Source: Acidobacteriota bacterium (GTDB lineage: Bacteria; Acidobacteriota; Thermoanaerobaculia; Multivoradales; UBA5704). From it: a stretch of 26,059 nt of DNA. The stretch's first letter is position 1. Each line of letters starts with the position of its first letter. The DNA is taken from contig JBDTZG010000071.1 in NCBI GenBank assembly GCA_040005235.1, positions 1 to 26,059 of the forward strand, given 5' to 3'. The notes beneath the pieces were generated by a model. It saw nothing but the letters and a program-made list of their open reading frames with translations, ran no database searches and was not told where the DNA came from. Positions 1 to 8,370 of this stretch are shown piece by piece. A program made the translations under genes and the position numbers.

Positions 1-813
1 GGTCCTCAGGGACCGCCGCCGCGAGATTTGATCGCGATTCTCGCGGTCCTGTTCGTCACCTTCTCCTGCCAGTTCTTCGCCTCGACCTCGATCGTCCCGG
101 CGTTGTTGTGGCTGTCGCCCGACGTCTGGCAGCGCGGCTTCGTCTGGCAGCTCGTCACCTATCCCTTCGCCGGAATCGGCCGGCCGGGCTTGGGCACCGT
201 GTTCGAGTTTTTGGTCCTGTTCTGGTTTGGCCGAGACGTCTATCTGGACCTGGGACGGCGGCGGTTCTGGCGCTTGATCCTTCCCACCGCGGCGATCGCG
301 GGAGCGGCGGCGCTGCTGGCCGACGTCGGCGCCGGACTCCTCGGCGGGTTCACCGCGTCCGGGTTCACGCTGATGCAAGGGCAGCTGGTGCTGCTCGCGA
401 TCCTGACCGCCTCTTTCGGTGCGCTCCACCGCGACGCCACGATCTATCTCTTCTTCGTCCTGCCCATCCGGGGCGCGTGGCTGCCGGCGATCGCGATGTT
501 GTTTGCGTTCCTGGCCTTCTTGAACGTCCGCGACCTGCCCGGCTTCGTCGGGCTGGTGGTGGCGGCCGGAGTCGCCTGGTGGCGGCCGGCGGGCTGGGGG
601 TATCGCGGCAATCGGGGCGGTGATCGGGGCAATAGCGGGAGTCGGGGCGGCGGCCTAAAGGAGCTGCGCCTTAGGCTGCGCAAGCGCTATCTCGAATGGA
701 AGCTTGGGCGGCTCAAGAAGCGGCGGACGCTCCGGGCCGTCCCGAGCGGCCCGAGCGGCCCGAGCGATCGAGAGCCGGGCGGCCAAGTCCGCAAGGGGCC
801 TTGGGTTCACTGA
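1..813 (+). CDS. Rhomboid-superfamily membrane protein, probably non-catalytic, 5'-partial
   Basis: Frame is open back to base 1 ([10 protein letters not shown]...). It has the rhomboid-like 'VWQLVTYPF' and 'FWFGRDV...LGRRRFW' segments, several TM helices, 'LFFVLPIRG' and a basic C-terminal tail ending KGPWVH. No GxS/His catalytic dyad is visible. Confidence 0.65.
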   Translation, partial: GPQGPPPRDLIAILAVLFVTFSCQFFASTSIVPALLWLSPDVWQRGFVWQLVTYPFAGIGRPGLGTVFEFLVLFWFGRDVYLDLGRRRFWRLILPTAAIAGAAALLADVGAGLLGGFTASGFTLMQGQLVLLAILTASFGALHRDATIYLFFVLPIRGAWLPAIAMLFAFLAFLNVRDLPGFVGLVVAAGVAWWRPAGWGYRGNRGGDRGNSGSRGGGLKELRLRLRKRYLEWKLGRLKKRRTLRAVPSGPSGPSDREPGGQVRKGPWVH

Positions 814-844
814 CGGGGTATCGAGGAAAGAACGGAGGGAAAGC

Positions 845-929
<85 letters not shown>

Positions 930-942
930 ATAAAGAACCGCT

Positions 943-1290
943 TTACGGCTTCTGCGCCGGCACCGCCGGAGCGGGAACCGGAACGGGGGTCGCCGGTTTC
1001 GCCGGCACGGTCTTGGTGGCGCCGGACTTTGCCGCCACGCCCTTCATCACCGAGCTACCCGCCTCGCGGCGCTGGACGACCGCGATCGCCAGGGTGGTGA
1101 AGATGAAGATGACGAACGAGCTGACGGTCAGCTTGTGCAGCAGGGTGGTCGCGCCGCGGGCGCCGAACACCGTCTGGGTGGCACCGCCGCCGAACACCGA
1201 AAGGTCCGCGCCTTTTCCCTGCTGGAGGAGCACCACCAGGATCAGGAAAATGCAGACGATGATGTGTACGGTATAGAAGAGATAGATCAC
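943..1290 (-). CDS. secG: Preprotein translocase subunit SecG
   Basis: 'LILVVLLQQGKGADL..FGGG..QTVFGARGATTLLHKLT' signature, two TM helices, position between tpiA and tRNA-Leu. Confidence 0.95.
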   Translation of the reverse strand: MIYLFYTVHIIVCIFLILVVLLQQGKGADLSVFGGGATQTVFGARGATTLLHKLTVSSFVIFIFTTLAIAVVQRREAGSSVMKGVAAKSGATKTVPAKPATPVPVPAPAVPAQKP

Positions 1291-1311
1291 GCGGTAAGCC
1301 TCCAGAACCCC

Positions 1312-2082
1312 TCAGGTCGTTCGACCGAAGGGAGAGATGATACTCAAGAATCTGTCCAGGTCAAGGCTCGCGCCGCCGACCAGAAACCCGTCGACCCCCT
1401 CGGCGGCGGCGAGATCGAACGCGTTTTCGGGCGTCACCGAGCCGCCGTAGACGATCGAAACCGCCTCGGCCGCCTCATCGCCCAGCCGGCGCACCAGCTC
1501 CCGGCGCAGGAACAGATGCGCTTCGCTCGCGGTCTCCGCGGTCGCCACTTCGCCGGTGCCGATCGCCCAGACCGGCTCGTACGCGATCGCAAACCGGGGC
1601 AGCGCAGAGCTTGCCCCCGGGACCGGGGGTCCGAGCGCGCCATACAGCTGCCGGGCCAGGACCTCGAACGTCTTGCCCTCCTGCCGCTCGTCGCGCGTCT
1701 CGCCGACGCACAGCATGGGGGTAAGGCCCGAGCGCATCGCCGCGCGGAGCTTCCGTCCGACCAGCTCGTCGCTTTCCCCGTGGTCGCGGCGGCGCTCGCT
1801 GTGCCCGCAGAGCACCCAGGAAGCCCCGGCGTCGACCAGCTGGTCGCCCGAGACGTCGCCGGTGTGAGCCCCTTTGGCCTCGGGATGAAGATCCTGGCCG
1901 CCGACAACCAGGTCGCTGCCCGCGAGCTGGTCGGCGACCACCGGAATCAACGGAAAGCTCGGAAAGATCGCGACCTGGGGGGCGTCGGCCGGCAACCGGT
2001 CGAGCAATCCGGAACAGAAGGCGATCGCGTCGGCGCGCAGCAGATGCATCTTCCAGTTCGCGGCCACCAACTTGCGCGACAT
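1312..2082 (-). CDS. tpiA: Triosephosphate isomerase
   Basis: Motifs ANWKM, GAHTGDVS, GHSERR, AYEPVWAIGTG, YGGSV, LVGGASL. ATG at 2082 (MSRKLV) matches the usual N-terminus. An alternative GTG at 2151 would add 23 aa. Confidence 0.95.
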   Translation of the reverse strand: MSRKLVAANWKMHLLRADAIAFCSGLLDRLPADAPQVAIFPSFPLIPVVADQLAGSDLVVGGQDLHPEAKGAHTGDVSGDQLVDAGASWVLCGHSERRRDHGESDELVGRKLRAAMRSGLTPMLCVGETRDERQEGKTFEVLARQLYGALGPPVPGASSALPRFAIAYEPVWAIGTGEVATAETASEAHLFLRRELVRRLGDEAAEAVSIVYGGSVTPENAFDLAAAEGVDGFLVGGASLDLDRFLSIISPFGRTT

Positions 2083-2155
2083 GGACTCCGTGGCCACCTC
2101 CTGCCAGGCGGTCCAGGTCGCGATTTCGGGTCCCGGCTCGGCGAGCGCCACGGCT

Positions 2156-3373
2156 CTAGGCCTCCCGCTCCAGGACGGCCACCCCGGGCAGGATCTTGCC
2201 CGCCAGAAATTCGAGCGAAGCGCCGCCGCCGGTCGAAACGTGGCCGATCCGCTCCGCCACTCCCGCCTGATGGACCGCGGCGACGGTCTCGCCGCCGCCG
2301 ATCACCGAAAAGCCTTCGACCCCGCCGAGCGCCTGCGCCACCGCGCGGGTGCCGGCGTCGAACGGCGATTTTTCGAACACGCCGAGCGGTCCGTTCCAGA
2401 ACAAGGTCCGCGCCCGTTCGATCGCCAGGCCGTACGCCAAACGGGTGGCCGGGCCGATGTCAACCGCCTTGGTGCCCGATGGGATCGCGTCGACCGCGAC
2501 GGTCTCGATCCGCTGCGGCGCGTCGAGATCGTCGGTGACCACCAGGTCGGTCGGCAGGAAGACTTCGGTTCCGCGCTCGGCGGCGCGGGAAAGAATCTCT
2601 TTCGCCAGATCCAGGCGGTCGGGCTCGAACAGCGAGGCGCCGAGATCGAAACCCTGGGCGGCAAGGAAGGTGTTCGCCATGCCGCCGCCGAGCAGGAGCA
2701 GGTCGAGCCGCGGCAGGAGATTGAGCAGCGTGTCGATCTTCCCTTCGATTTTGGCGCCGCCCAAGATCGCGGCGAACGGCCGGTCCGGTCGCTCAAGCAA
2801 CCGCGAGAGGGCCGCGACCTCGCGAACCATCAGGCGCCCGGCCGCCCGGCGCGGCAACCGTTCGGCGACGCCGACCACCGAGGCATGGGCGCGATGGGCG
2901 GAGCCGAACGCGTCGTCGACGTACGCTTCGGCGAGCGCCGCGAGCGCGGCCGAGAAGTCCGGGTCGTTGGCGGTCTCGCCCGCGTGGAAACGGAGGTTTT
3001 CGAGCAACAGGACCTCGCCGGGGCCGAGCTGCGAAGCTTCGGCCTCCGCCGCCTCGCCGATGCAGTCGGGGGCGAATCGGACCTCCTGGCCCAGCAGCTC
3101 GCCGAGCTTGGCCGCCACCGGGCGCAGGCTGTATTGGGGATCCGGCCCCCCTTTCGGCCGGCCGTGGTGGGAGGCCAGGATCACCTTGGCGCCCGCGCCG
3201 ATCAGCTCGCGCAGGGTCGGCAGCGCCTCTTCCAGGCGGGTTGCGTCGCCCACCTCTCCGGCCTTGGTCATCGGCACGTTGAAATCCACCCGAACGAAGA
3301 CCCGGCGGCCCGAGAGGGTGCCGAGGTCGAGGTCTTCGAGCGTAGCGAGTCTCGTTTGGGTCTGGCCTGCCAT
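2156..3373 (-). CDS. pgk: Phosphoglycerate kinase
   Basis: Motifs RVDFNVP, SHHGRP, LLENLRF, DAFGSAHRAHAS, GGAK, WNGPLGVFE, GGGET, HVSTGGGASLEFL. ATG at 3373 is preceded by a GAGGAG RBS. Confidence 0.97.
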   Translation of the reverse strand: MAGQTQTRLATLEDLDLGTLSGRRVFVRVDFNVPMTKAGEVGDATRLEEALPTLRELIGAGAKVILASHHGRPKGGPDPQYSLRPVAAKLGELLGQEVRFAPDCIGEAAEAEASQLGPGEVLLLENLRFHAGETANDPDFSAALAALAEAYVDDAFGSAHRAHASVVGVAERLPRRAAGRLMVREVAALSRLLERPDRPFAAILGGAKIEGKIDTLLNLLPRLDLLLLGGGMANTFLAAQGFDLGASLFEPDRLDLAKEILSRAAERGTEVFLPTDLVVTDDLDAPQRIETVAVDAIPSGTKAVDIGPATRLAYGLAIERARTLFWNGPLGVFEKSPFDAGTRAVAQALGGVEGFSVIGGGETVAAVHQAGVAERIGHVSTGGGASLEFLAGKILPGVAVLEREA

Positions 3374-3401
3374 TCTCTGCTCCTCCCCGAAGGCGGACAT
3401 T

Positions 3402-4436
3402 CTACGAAGTCCGTGGATCGAATTCGTCGAATTCGGCCAGCCGACCGAGCAGCTCGGCGAGCCGATGAGCGTAGCCCCATTCATTGTCGTACCAGGCGAC
3501 GATCCGCGCGAGCCGCCGGTCGGCCACCTGGAGCAGCGGCAGGTCGACCACCGCCGAGCGCGGATCGTCGATGAAATCGGAGGAAACCAGCTCCTCGTCC
3601 GTCACGCCGAGCAGGCCGGCGAGCGGCCCGGCCGCCGCCCTGCGGTACGCCTCGGCAAGCGATTCGACCGTGACGTCGCGTTCCAGCTCGATCGCCAGGT
3701 CGAGCATTGCCACCGCGGCGGTCGGAACCCGGATCGCGAGCCCCTCGATCCGGCCGGCGAGGCTCGGCACCAACTCGGCCAAGGCACCCGGCGCGGTGGT
3801 CGGCGTCGGAATCACGTTCAGGCCTGCCGCCCGCGACCGCCGCGGATCGGCGTGCGCGCCATCTTGCAGCCGCTGGTTTTCCGTATAGGAATGGACGGTG
3901 CTCATCAACGCGCGGCGAACGCCGAATTCGGCGGCGAGCACCTGGGTCACGAGAGCCAGGGCGTTGGTGGTGCAGGAGGCGTTGCTGATCACCCGGTGCT
4001 TGGCCGGATCGAGCGACCCGCCGTTCGCGCCTAAGCAGATCGTCACATCCGCCGGGTCGCCGGGGTCGCCGTTGGCCGAGAGGATGACGTGGCCGACTCC
4101 GGATTCGAGATGCCGGGCGGCCGTCGAGCGGCGGAGAAAGCGGCCGGTCGCCTCGACCACCACGTCCACGCCGTGGCGATCCCAAGGAACGTCGGCCGGA
4201 TCGGCGAAGTTCGAGACCGGGATCTCCCGGCCGTCGAGGAGCAGTCCGGCCGAGGTCGCAGCGACCGTTCCGGGATATCGGCCATGCACGGAGTCGCGGC
4301 CGAGCAACCGGGCGAGCACGGGGGCCGGCGCGAGGTCGTTGATCGCGACGAGCTGAAGATCGGGCCGGTCGCGCGCCGCTCTCACGAGGGCGCGACCGAT
4401 CCGGCCGAGGCCATTGATGGCGTAGCGGAGGGGCAT
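3402..4436 (-). CDS. gap: Type I glyceraldehyde-3-phosphate dehydrogenase family protein (divergent)
   Basis: Motifs INGLGRIGR, DSVHG, VEATG, SNASCTTN (catalytic Cys), VHSYT, RVPT, WYDNEWGY; first gene of the gap-pgk-tpiA-secG operon. Confidence 0.9.
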   Translation of the reverse strand: MPLRYAINGLGRIGRALVRAARDRPDLQLVAINDLAPAPVLARLLGRDSVHGRYPGTVAATSAGLLLDGREIPVSNFADPADVPWDRHGVDVVVEATGRFLRRSTAARHLESGVGHVILSANGDPGDPADVTICLGANGGSLDPAKHRVISNASCTTNALALVTQVLAAEFGVRRALMSTVHSYTENQRLQDGAHADPRRSRAAGLNVIPTPTTAPGALAELVPSLAGRIEGLAIRVPTAAVAMLDLAIELERDVTVESLAEAYRRAAAGPLAGLLGVTDEELVSSDFIDDPRSAVVDLPLLQVADRRLARIVAWYDNEWGYAHRLAELLGRLAEFDEFDPRTS

Positions 4437-4533
4437 CGTAGGTTCTGGAACTCCGGCTGAGAGGCTAAAGAACGGTCCGAGAACGGGTTTGAGGGCGGGT
4501 TTGAGGACCGAAACTCCGGCCGTTTCGGGGCGA

Positions 4534-4542
4534 AGTGTATCA
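4534..4542 (-). promoter_or_regulatory. Putative extended -10 promoter of the gap operon
   Basis: Minus strand reads TG-A-TACACT about 100 nt upstream of the gap ATG. Confidence 0.45.
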
Positions 4543-4701
4543 GCGCTGTCCCGCCCTAACGTTCCGACGACACCGATTACAATGCGGCCGGACTCGGCAT
4601 CCGGCGTGGATAGGTGTCTCCCAGAAGGCTCGATCCTGGGGAGCGCTCCGGCCGCGGAACCACGAGTTGACTTACAAGCGCCCCTTAAGGAGGAAAGCGG
4701 A

Positions 4702-5061
4702 ATGGCCGAAAAAGAGATGAGTGACTATTGCAAGGCCTATCTTTTGAAGGACTTGCGCGCCTATTCGGGCTGGAGCGAGAAGCCGGAGAATGCCCGGAAA
4801 GAGAAGAAGGACGTGGACGGCAAGGACGTCGAGGTGCAGCTGGGCCTGGACGACGAGTCGATCGTCTATGTGCACGACAACTACATCGTGACCCACGACA
4901 TCTACAAGAACGAGAACCTCTTGTTCGACGCCGTGACCGACGAGTGGAAGTCGTTCCTGCACGATCTGCCCGAGCCGCTGCGCTTCGAGATTCCGGTCTA
5001 CGAGCCGATCGTGATCCCCCAGGCCGAGCCCACGCCTGACGCCGCACCCGCCGCGTCCTAA
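4702..5061 (+). CDS. Acidic hypothetical protein (119 aa, YCKAY motif)
   Basis: Strong AAGGAGG RBS at 4687-4693, strongly G/C-ending codons, protein MAEKEMSDYCKAYLLKDLRAYSGWSE...YVHDNYIVTHDIYKNENLLFDAVTDEWKSF. Confidence 0.85.
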   Translation: MAEKEMSDYCKAYLLKDLRAYSGWSEKPENARKEKKDVDGKDVEVQLGLDDESIVYVHDNYIVTHDIYKNENLLFDAVTDEWKSFLHDLPEPLRFEIPVYEPIVIPQAEPTPDAAPAAS

Positions 5062-5085
5062 ATCCGCTCGCCCAGGCCTTCCGAG

Positions 5086-5115
5086 ACCCAGGCGCCCCGC
5101 GAGGGGCGCCCGGGT
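5086..5115 (+). terminator. GC-rich stem-loop downstream of the hypothetical gene (possible terminator or stabiliser)
   Basis: GGCGCCCC-GCGA-GGGGCGCC perfect 8-bp stem with a GNRA loop, extended by ACCC/GGGT. No U-tract. Confidence 0.45.
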
Positions 5116-5143
5116 GCGGTTGCCCGCCTGCTAAAGTCCGCTC

Positions 5144-6193
5144 GTGCCCGCCTCCCCGATCGTCCTCGGCATCGAAACCTCCTGCGATGACACGGCCTGC
5201 GCCGTCCTCGACGGCGAGGCCCGGGTGCTCGCCTCGGTCGTTTCGAGCCAGCTCGCGGAGCATCGGCCCTACGGCGGGGTGGTGCCCGAGATCGCCTCGC
5301 GCGCCCACCTGGAAAACTGGCCCGCGGTCTCCGCCGAAGCGCTCGAACGGGCGGGGCTCGACCTCTCCCGAATCGACGCCGTCGCCGCCACCCGCGGCCC
5401 GGGGCTGGTCGGCTCGCTGCTGGTCGGCCTGTCGCTCGGCAAGGCGCTCGGCTTCGCGCTCGATCGGCCGTTCTTCGCCGTCCATCATCTGGAAGGGCAT
5501 CTTTTCTCCCCCTTCCTCAAGCCTTCCGGTCCGGCCGACGCGGTTCCCGAGCGCTTCATCGGCTTGGTCGTCTCCGGCGGCCATAGCAATCTGTTCGCGG
5601 TCGCCGCGGGCCGGACCACGACCCTGGGCGAGGCGCGCGACGACGCGATGGGCGAGGTGTTCGACAAGGTCGGCCGGCGGCTCGGCCTTCCCTACCCGCA
5701 GGGACCGCGGGTCGACGAGTTGGCCGAAGGCGGCGACCCGGTCAGGCACCGGTTCGCCATCCCAGACTGCGGCGGCTCGCTCGACGTCTCGTTTTCCGGG
5801 CTCAAGAGCCAGGCTCTGGGGGCGATCGAAAAGCTGGAGCGCACTTTGGGCCTGCTCGATCTCGGGAGCGGCGACGCCCCTCAAGAAGTCCTCGATCTGC
5901 TCGCCGGTTTCCGCGCCGCGGCGGTCGGCCAGGTGCTCAACCGGGTCGAAAGGCTGCACGCCCGAGAGCCGATTCCCCTGCTCGCGGTCTCTGGGGGCGC
6001 GGCGGCGAACCGGTTGCTCCGGCGCGAGCTGACCGCCTGGGCCGCAAAGAACGGCGTGGACCTACGCCTCGTCCCCCTCGGCTTCTCGGGCGACAACGCC
6101 GCGATGATCGCCCACGCGGCCCTCCTCCGCCTCCGAAGGGGCGAGTCGGACAACCCCTTCACGGCGGAGGCGGAGAGCCGGATCGCGATCTGA
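5144..6193 (+). CDS. tsaD: tRNA N6-adenosine threonylcarbamoyltransferase TsaD
   Basis: Motifs LGIETSCDDT, GGVVPEIASRAH, GPGL, HLEGH, VSGGH, DDAMGEVFDK, SFSGLKS, DNAAMIA. Confidence 0.96.
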   Translation: MPASPIVLGIETSCDDTACAVLDGEARVLASVVSSQLAEHRPYGGVVPEIASRAHLENWPAVSAEALERAGLDLSRIDAVAATRGPGLVGSLLVGLSLGKALGFALDRPFFAVHHLEGHLFSPFLKPSGPADAVPERFIGLVVSGGHSNLFAVAAGRTTTLGEARDDAMGEVFDKVGRRLGLPYPQGPRVDELAEGGDPVRHRFAIPDCGGSLDVSFSGLKSQALGAIEKLERTLGLLDLGSGDAPQEVLDLLAGFRAAAVGQVLNRVERLHAREPIPLLAVSGGAAANRLLRRELTAWAAKNGVDLRLVPLGFSGDNAAMIAHAALLRLRRGESDNPFTAEAESRIAI

Positions 6194-6272
6194 CGTGAAA
6201 CCTTCTCGATCGCCGAACGTTCTTCTTTAAATCGGCGGGAATGCCGCCGATCATTCGGTGGCTATCGGTTTC

Positions 6273-6815
6273 ATGTCCAAAGATCAGACCCTCGACGACG
6301 TCGACCGCGGCATCCTTCGCGCCCTTCAGGCGGACGCCCGCATTTCGAATGCGGACATCGCCCGCGAGGTGGGCCTCGCCCCCTCTGCGGTGTTCGAGCG
6401 GATCAAGAAATTGGAGTCGCGCGGCGTCATCCAAGGCTACGAGACCCGGGTGGACCCGGAGGCGCTCGACCTCGGCCTGCTCGCCTTCATCTTCGTCCGC
6501 GCCGACGAGCGCCCTGGGGAAGCCCGGGCCGGCGAGCTGCTGGCCGACATCCCGGGCGTCCTGGAGGTTCATCACATCGCGGGCGAGGACTGCTATCTGG
6601 TGAAGGTCCGGGCGAAGGACACGCGCGCCCTCGGCCGTCTGCTGAACGACGGTTTCGGTGCGATGCCGAGCGTCACCACCACCCGCACCACGATCGTTCT
6701 GCACACCCTGTCCGAGACGCTGACTCCCAAATCGGCCGCCTCGGCCTCTGATCCTGCGTCTCCTGCCTCTCCAGTCCTCAACGAGCCATCTTCCGAGGAA
6801 TCCTCCCGTGGCTGA
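6273..6815 (+). CDS. Lrp/AsnC family transcriptional regulator
   Basis: N-terminal HTH 'LDDVDRGILRALQADARISNADIAREVGLAPSAVFERIKKLESRGVI' and RAM domain 'EVHHIAGEDCYLVKV'. ATG at 6273 chosen as start. Confidence 0.93.
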   Translation: MSKDQTLDDVDRGILRALQADARISNADIAREVGLAPSAVFERIKKLESRGVIQGYETRVDPEALDLGLLAFIFVRADERPGEARAGELLADIPGVLEVHHIAGEDCYLVKVRAKDTRALGRLLNDGFGAMPSVTTTRTTIVLHTLSETLTPKSAASASDPASPASPVLNEPSSEESSRG

Positions 6816-7770
6816 TCGCCGGTACCGCCTGCTGCTGATCCTTTCGCTCGCCGCCCTCTACACGATCTGGGGCTCGACCTATCTAGCGATCCGCTTCGCG
6901 ATCGAAACGCTGCCGCCATTCACCATGGCCGGCGTTCGCTTCATGACCGCGGGCGCGATCCTCTATCTGATCTCCCAGCTACGCGGGGAGGGCAAACCGG
7001 AACCTCGCCATTGGGCAGGAGCGGCACTGGTGGGCACTCTCCTTCTCGTGGGCGGCAACGGAGGCGTGGTCTGGGCGGAAACGCGTCTCGATTCCAGCCT
7101 CGCCGCGCTCCTGCTCACCACCCAGCCGTTTTGGCTGGTCCTGATGGCCTGGATGATGAAGGGAGGCACGCCGCCGTCGGCCCGCACGGTCGGCGGCATG
7201 GCGCTCGGATTTTTGGGCGTCTGCCTGTTGATCGCCCCGGGTGGCGGCGGCGGCATGCACGTCGATCTGCTCGGCGCGTTGGTGGTTACGCTGTCCGCCA
7301 TCTCCTGGGCGGGCGGATCGGTGCTCTCGCTCAAAGTCCCGCTCCCCTCGGCGCCGATCCTTTCGACCTCGCTCCAAATGCTCACCGGAGGCGCCGGCCT
7401 CTCGCTGATCGCGGTCGCGACAGGCGAGCCCGCGCACATCGACCCGTCGAAAATTTCCCTCCACTCGCTGCTCGCGCTCGCCTACCTAATCGTCTTCGGC
7501 GCGATCGTCGCCTACACCGCCTTCGTCTGGCTGGTCCAAAACGCACCCCCAGCCCTCGCCTCGACCTACTCCTACGTGAACCCCCTGGTGGCGGTCTTCC
7601 TAGGCTGGGCCCTCGGCGGAGAAGCGGTCTCTTCCCGCATCGTGCTCGCGGCGTTGGTGATCGTGGCCGGTGTTGTAGTGGTGACGCTTGCAGCGCGGAA
7701 AAAAGCTGCGCCAAAACAGGCCGGGGCGGAAGTTGTGCAGGCGGTCTGCGAGAAGGCTTCGGCGGCTTGA
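6808..7770 (+). CDS. EamA/DMT family transporter (YedA-like)
   Basis: Motifs 'LYTIWGSTYLAI', 'RFMTAG', 'YSYVNPLVAVFLG'; about 10 TM helices; 8-bp overlap with the lrp stop. Confidence 0.92.
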   Translation: MADRRYRLLLILSLAALYTIWGSTYLAIRFAIETLPPFTMAGVRFMTAGAILYLISQLRGEGKPEPRHWAGAALVGTLLLVGGNGGVVWAETRLDSSLAALLLTTQPFWLVLMAWMMKGGTPPSARTVGGMALGFLGVCLLIAPGGGGGMHVDLLGALVVTLSAISWAGGSVLSLKVPLPSAPILSTSLQMLTGGAGLSLIAVATGEPAHIDPSKISLHSLLALAYLIVFGAIVAYTAFVWLVQNAPPALASTYSYVNPLVAVFLGWALGGEAVSSRIVLAALVIVAGVVVVTLAARKKAAPKQAGAEVVQAVCEKASAA

Positions 7771-7839
7771 GGGGTGGCGGGCGCCAGAGGCACAGCGACG
7801 CGACGGATCACGACTTCCCCGCCGTCTGCCGCCCCTTTT
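7771..7839 (+). terminator. Possible intrinsic terminator or structured 3' element after eamA
   Basis: GGGGTGGCGGGCG (7771-7783) pairs with CGTCTGCCGCCCC (7823-7835) using three G-U pairs and is followed by TTTT. The loop is unusually long (about 39 nt). Confidence 0.4.
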
Positions 7840-7858
7840 AACCGAGTCCGCCGCCTCC

Positions 7859-7885
7859 GTCACCCCGAGCGAGAGCGAGGGGTCT
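7859..7885. repeat. Solo copy of a GTCAYCCYGAGCG..GCGARGGRTCT-type palindromic intergenic element
   Basis: GTCACCCCGAGCGAGAGCGAGGGGTCT resembles, from recall, a widespread REP-like intergenic element. No partner copy is visible here. Confidence 0.45.
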
Positions 7886-7971
7886 GGGGGTTGGGCGGCC
7901 TTTGAATTCCGGTGTGGACGCCGGCGGTTGGTTTCCGGATGAAAAGCGAGATCGGTTTACCGGACCCAAAA

Positions 7972-8000
7972 GCGCCAGGCTGGAGCCTGGCGTTCCCAGG
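7972..8000. repeat. REP-like palindrome, copy 1 (hairpin + TCCCAGG tail)
   Basis: GCGCCAGGC-TGGA-GCCTGGCG-TTCCCAGG; same architecture as 18448-18475; lies between convergent genes. Confidence 0.6.
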
Positions 8001-8025
8001 TTTCACCAGGGTGCCGCTTTACCGC

Positions 8026-8370
8026 CTACCTCCGCCTCAGCCATTCCACCCTTCCTAGCATCTCAGGCGATTCGGTGAGCAGGCGATCAAGGGCCGCGAT
8101 CAGCTCCGACAAAGTCCAACTGCGTTGAGCGGCGAGGACGATGCCCGAATGCTGCGGATGGCGCTCGGCGAGGACGACGAAGTCTCGGATGTTGAAGGTG
8201 AAGAGACACCGGCCGCGAGCGGTCGCTCGAAGGAGCTGGGTTTCGTCGTCCGCGTCGAAGGGGATCCACGGAGCGGGGGTGCGTGACACGTCGTGACCCT
8301 TCTCGACCAGGGCCTTTTCGAGCGCCCGGTTGGAAGTGTCGGCGTCGAGGTGCAGGCGCAGTTTAGGCAC
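8026..8370 (-). CDS. DUF5615 family PIN-like toxin
   Basis: GTG start overlaps the upstream gene's stop. Pattern 'LHLDAD..RAL..ALVEKGHDV', 'DADDETQL..A..GRCLFTFNIRDF', 'HSGIVL' is typical of DUF5615 partners of DUF433. Confidence 0.82.
   Translation of the reverse strand: MPKLRLHLDADTSNRALEKALVEKGHDVSRTPAPWIPFDADDETQLLRATARGRCLFTFNIRDFVVLAERHPQHSGIVLAAQRSWTLSELIAALDRLLTESPEMLGRVEWLRRR

Noticed and set aside
2083-2301. Programmed frameshift giving a PGK-TPI fusion as in Thermotoga
   Set aside because: The tpiA frame is open across the pgk stop, but no slippery run is visible, tpiA has its own plausible starts, and 50 open codons in an alternative frame are expected at this GC content.
1135-4034. 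Long plus-strand ORFs (467, 500 and 561 aa) opposite tpiA/pgk/gap
   Set aside because: Antisense shadows of GC-biased genes; Arg/Pro/Ser-rich with no family motifs.
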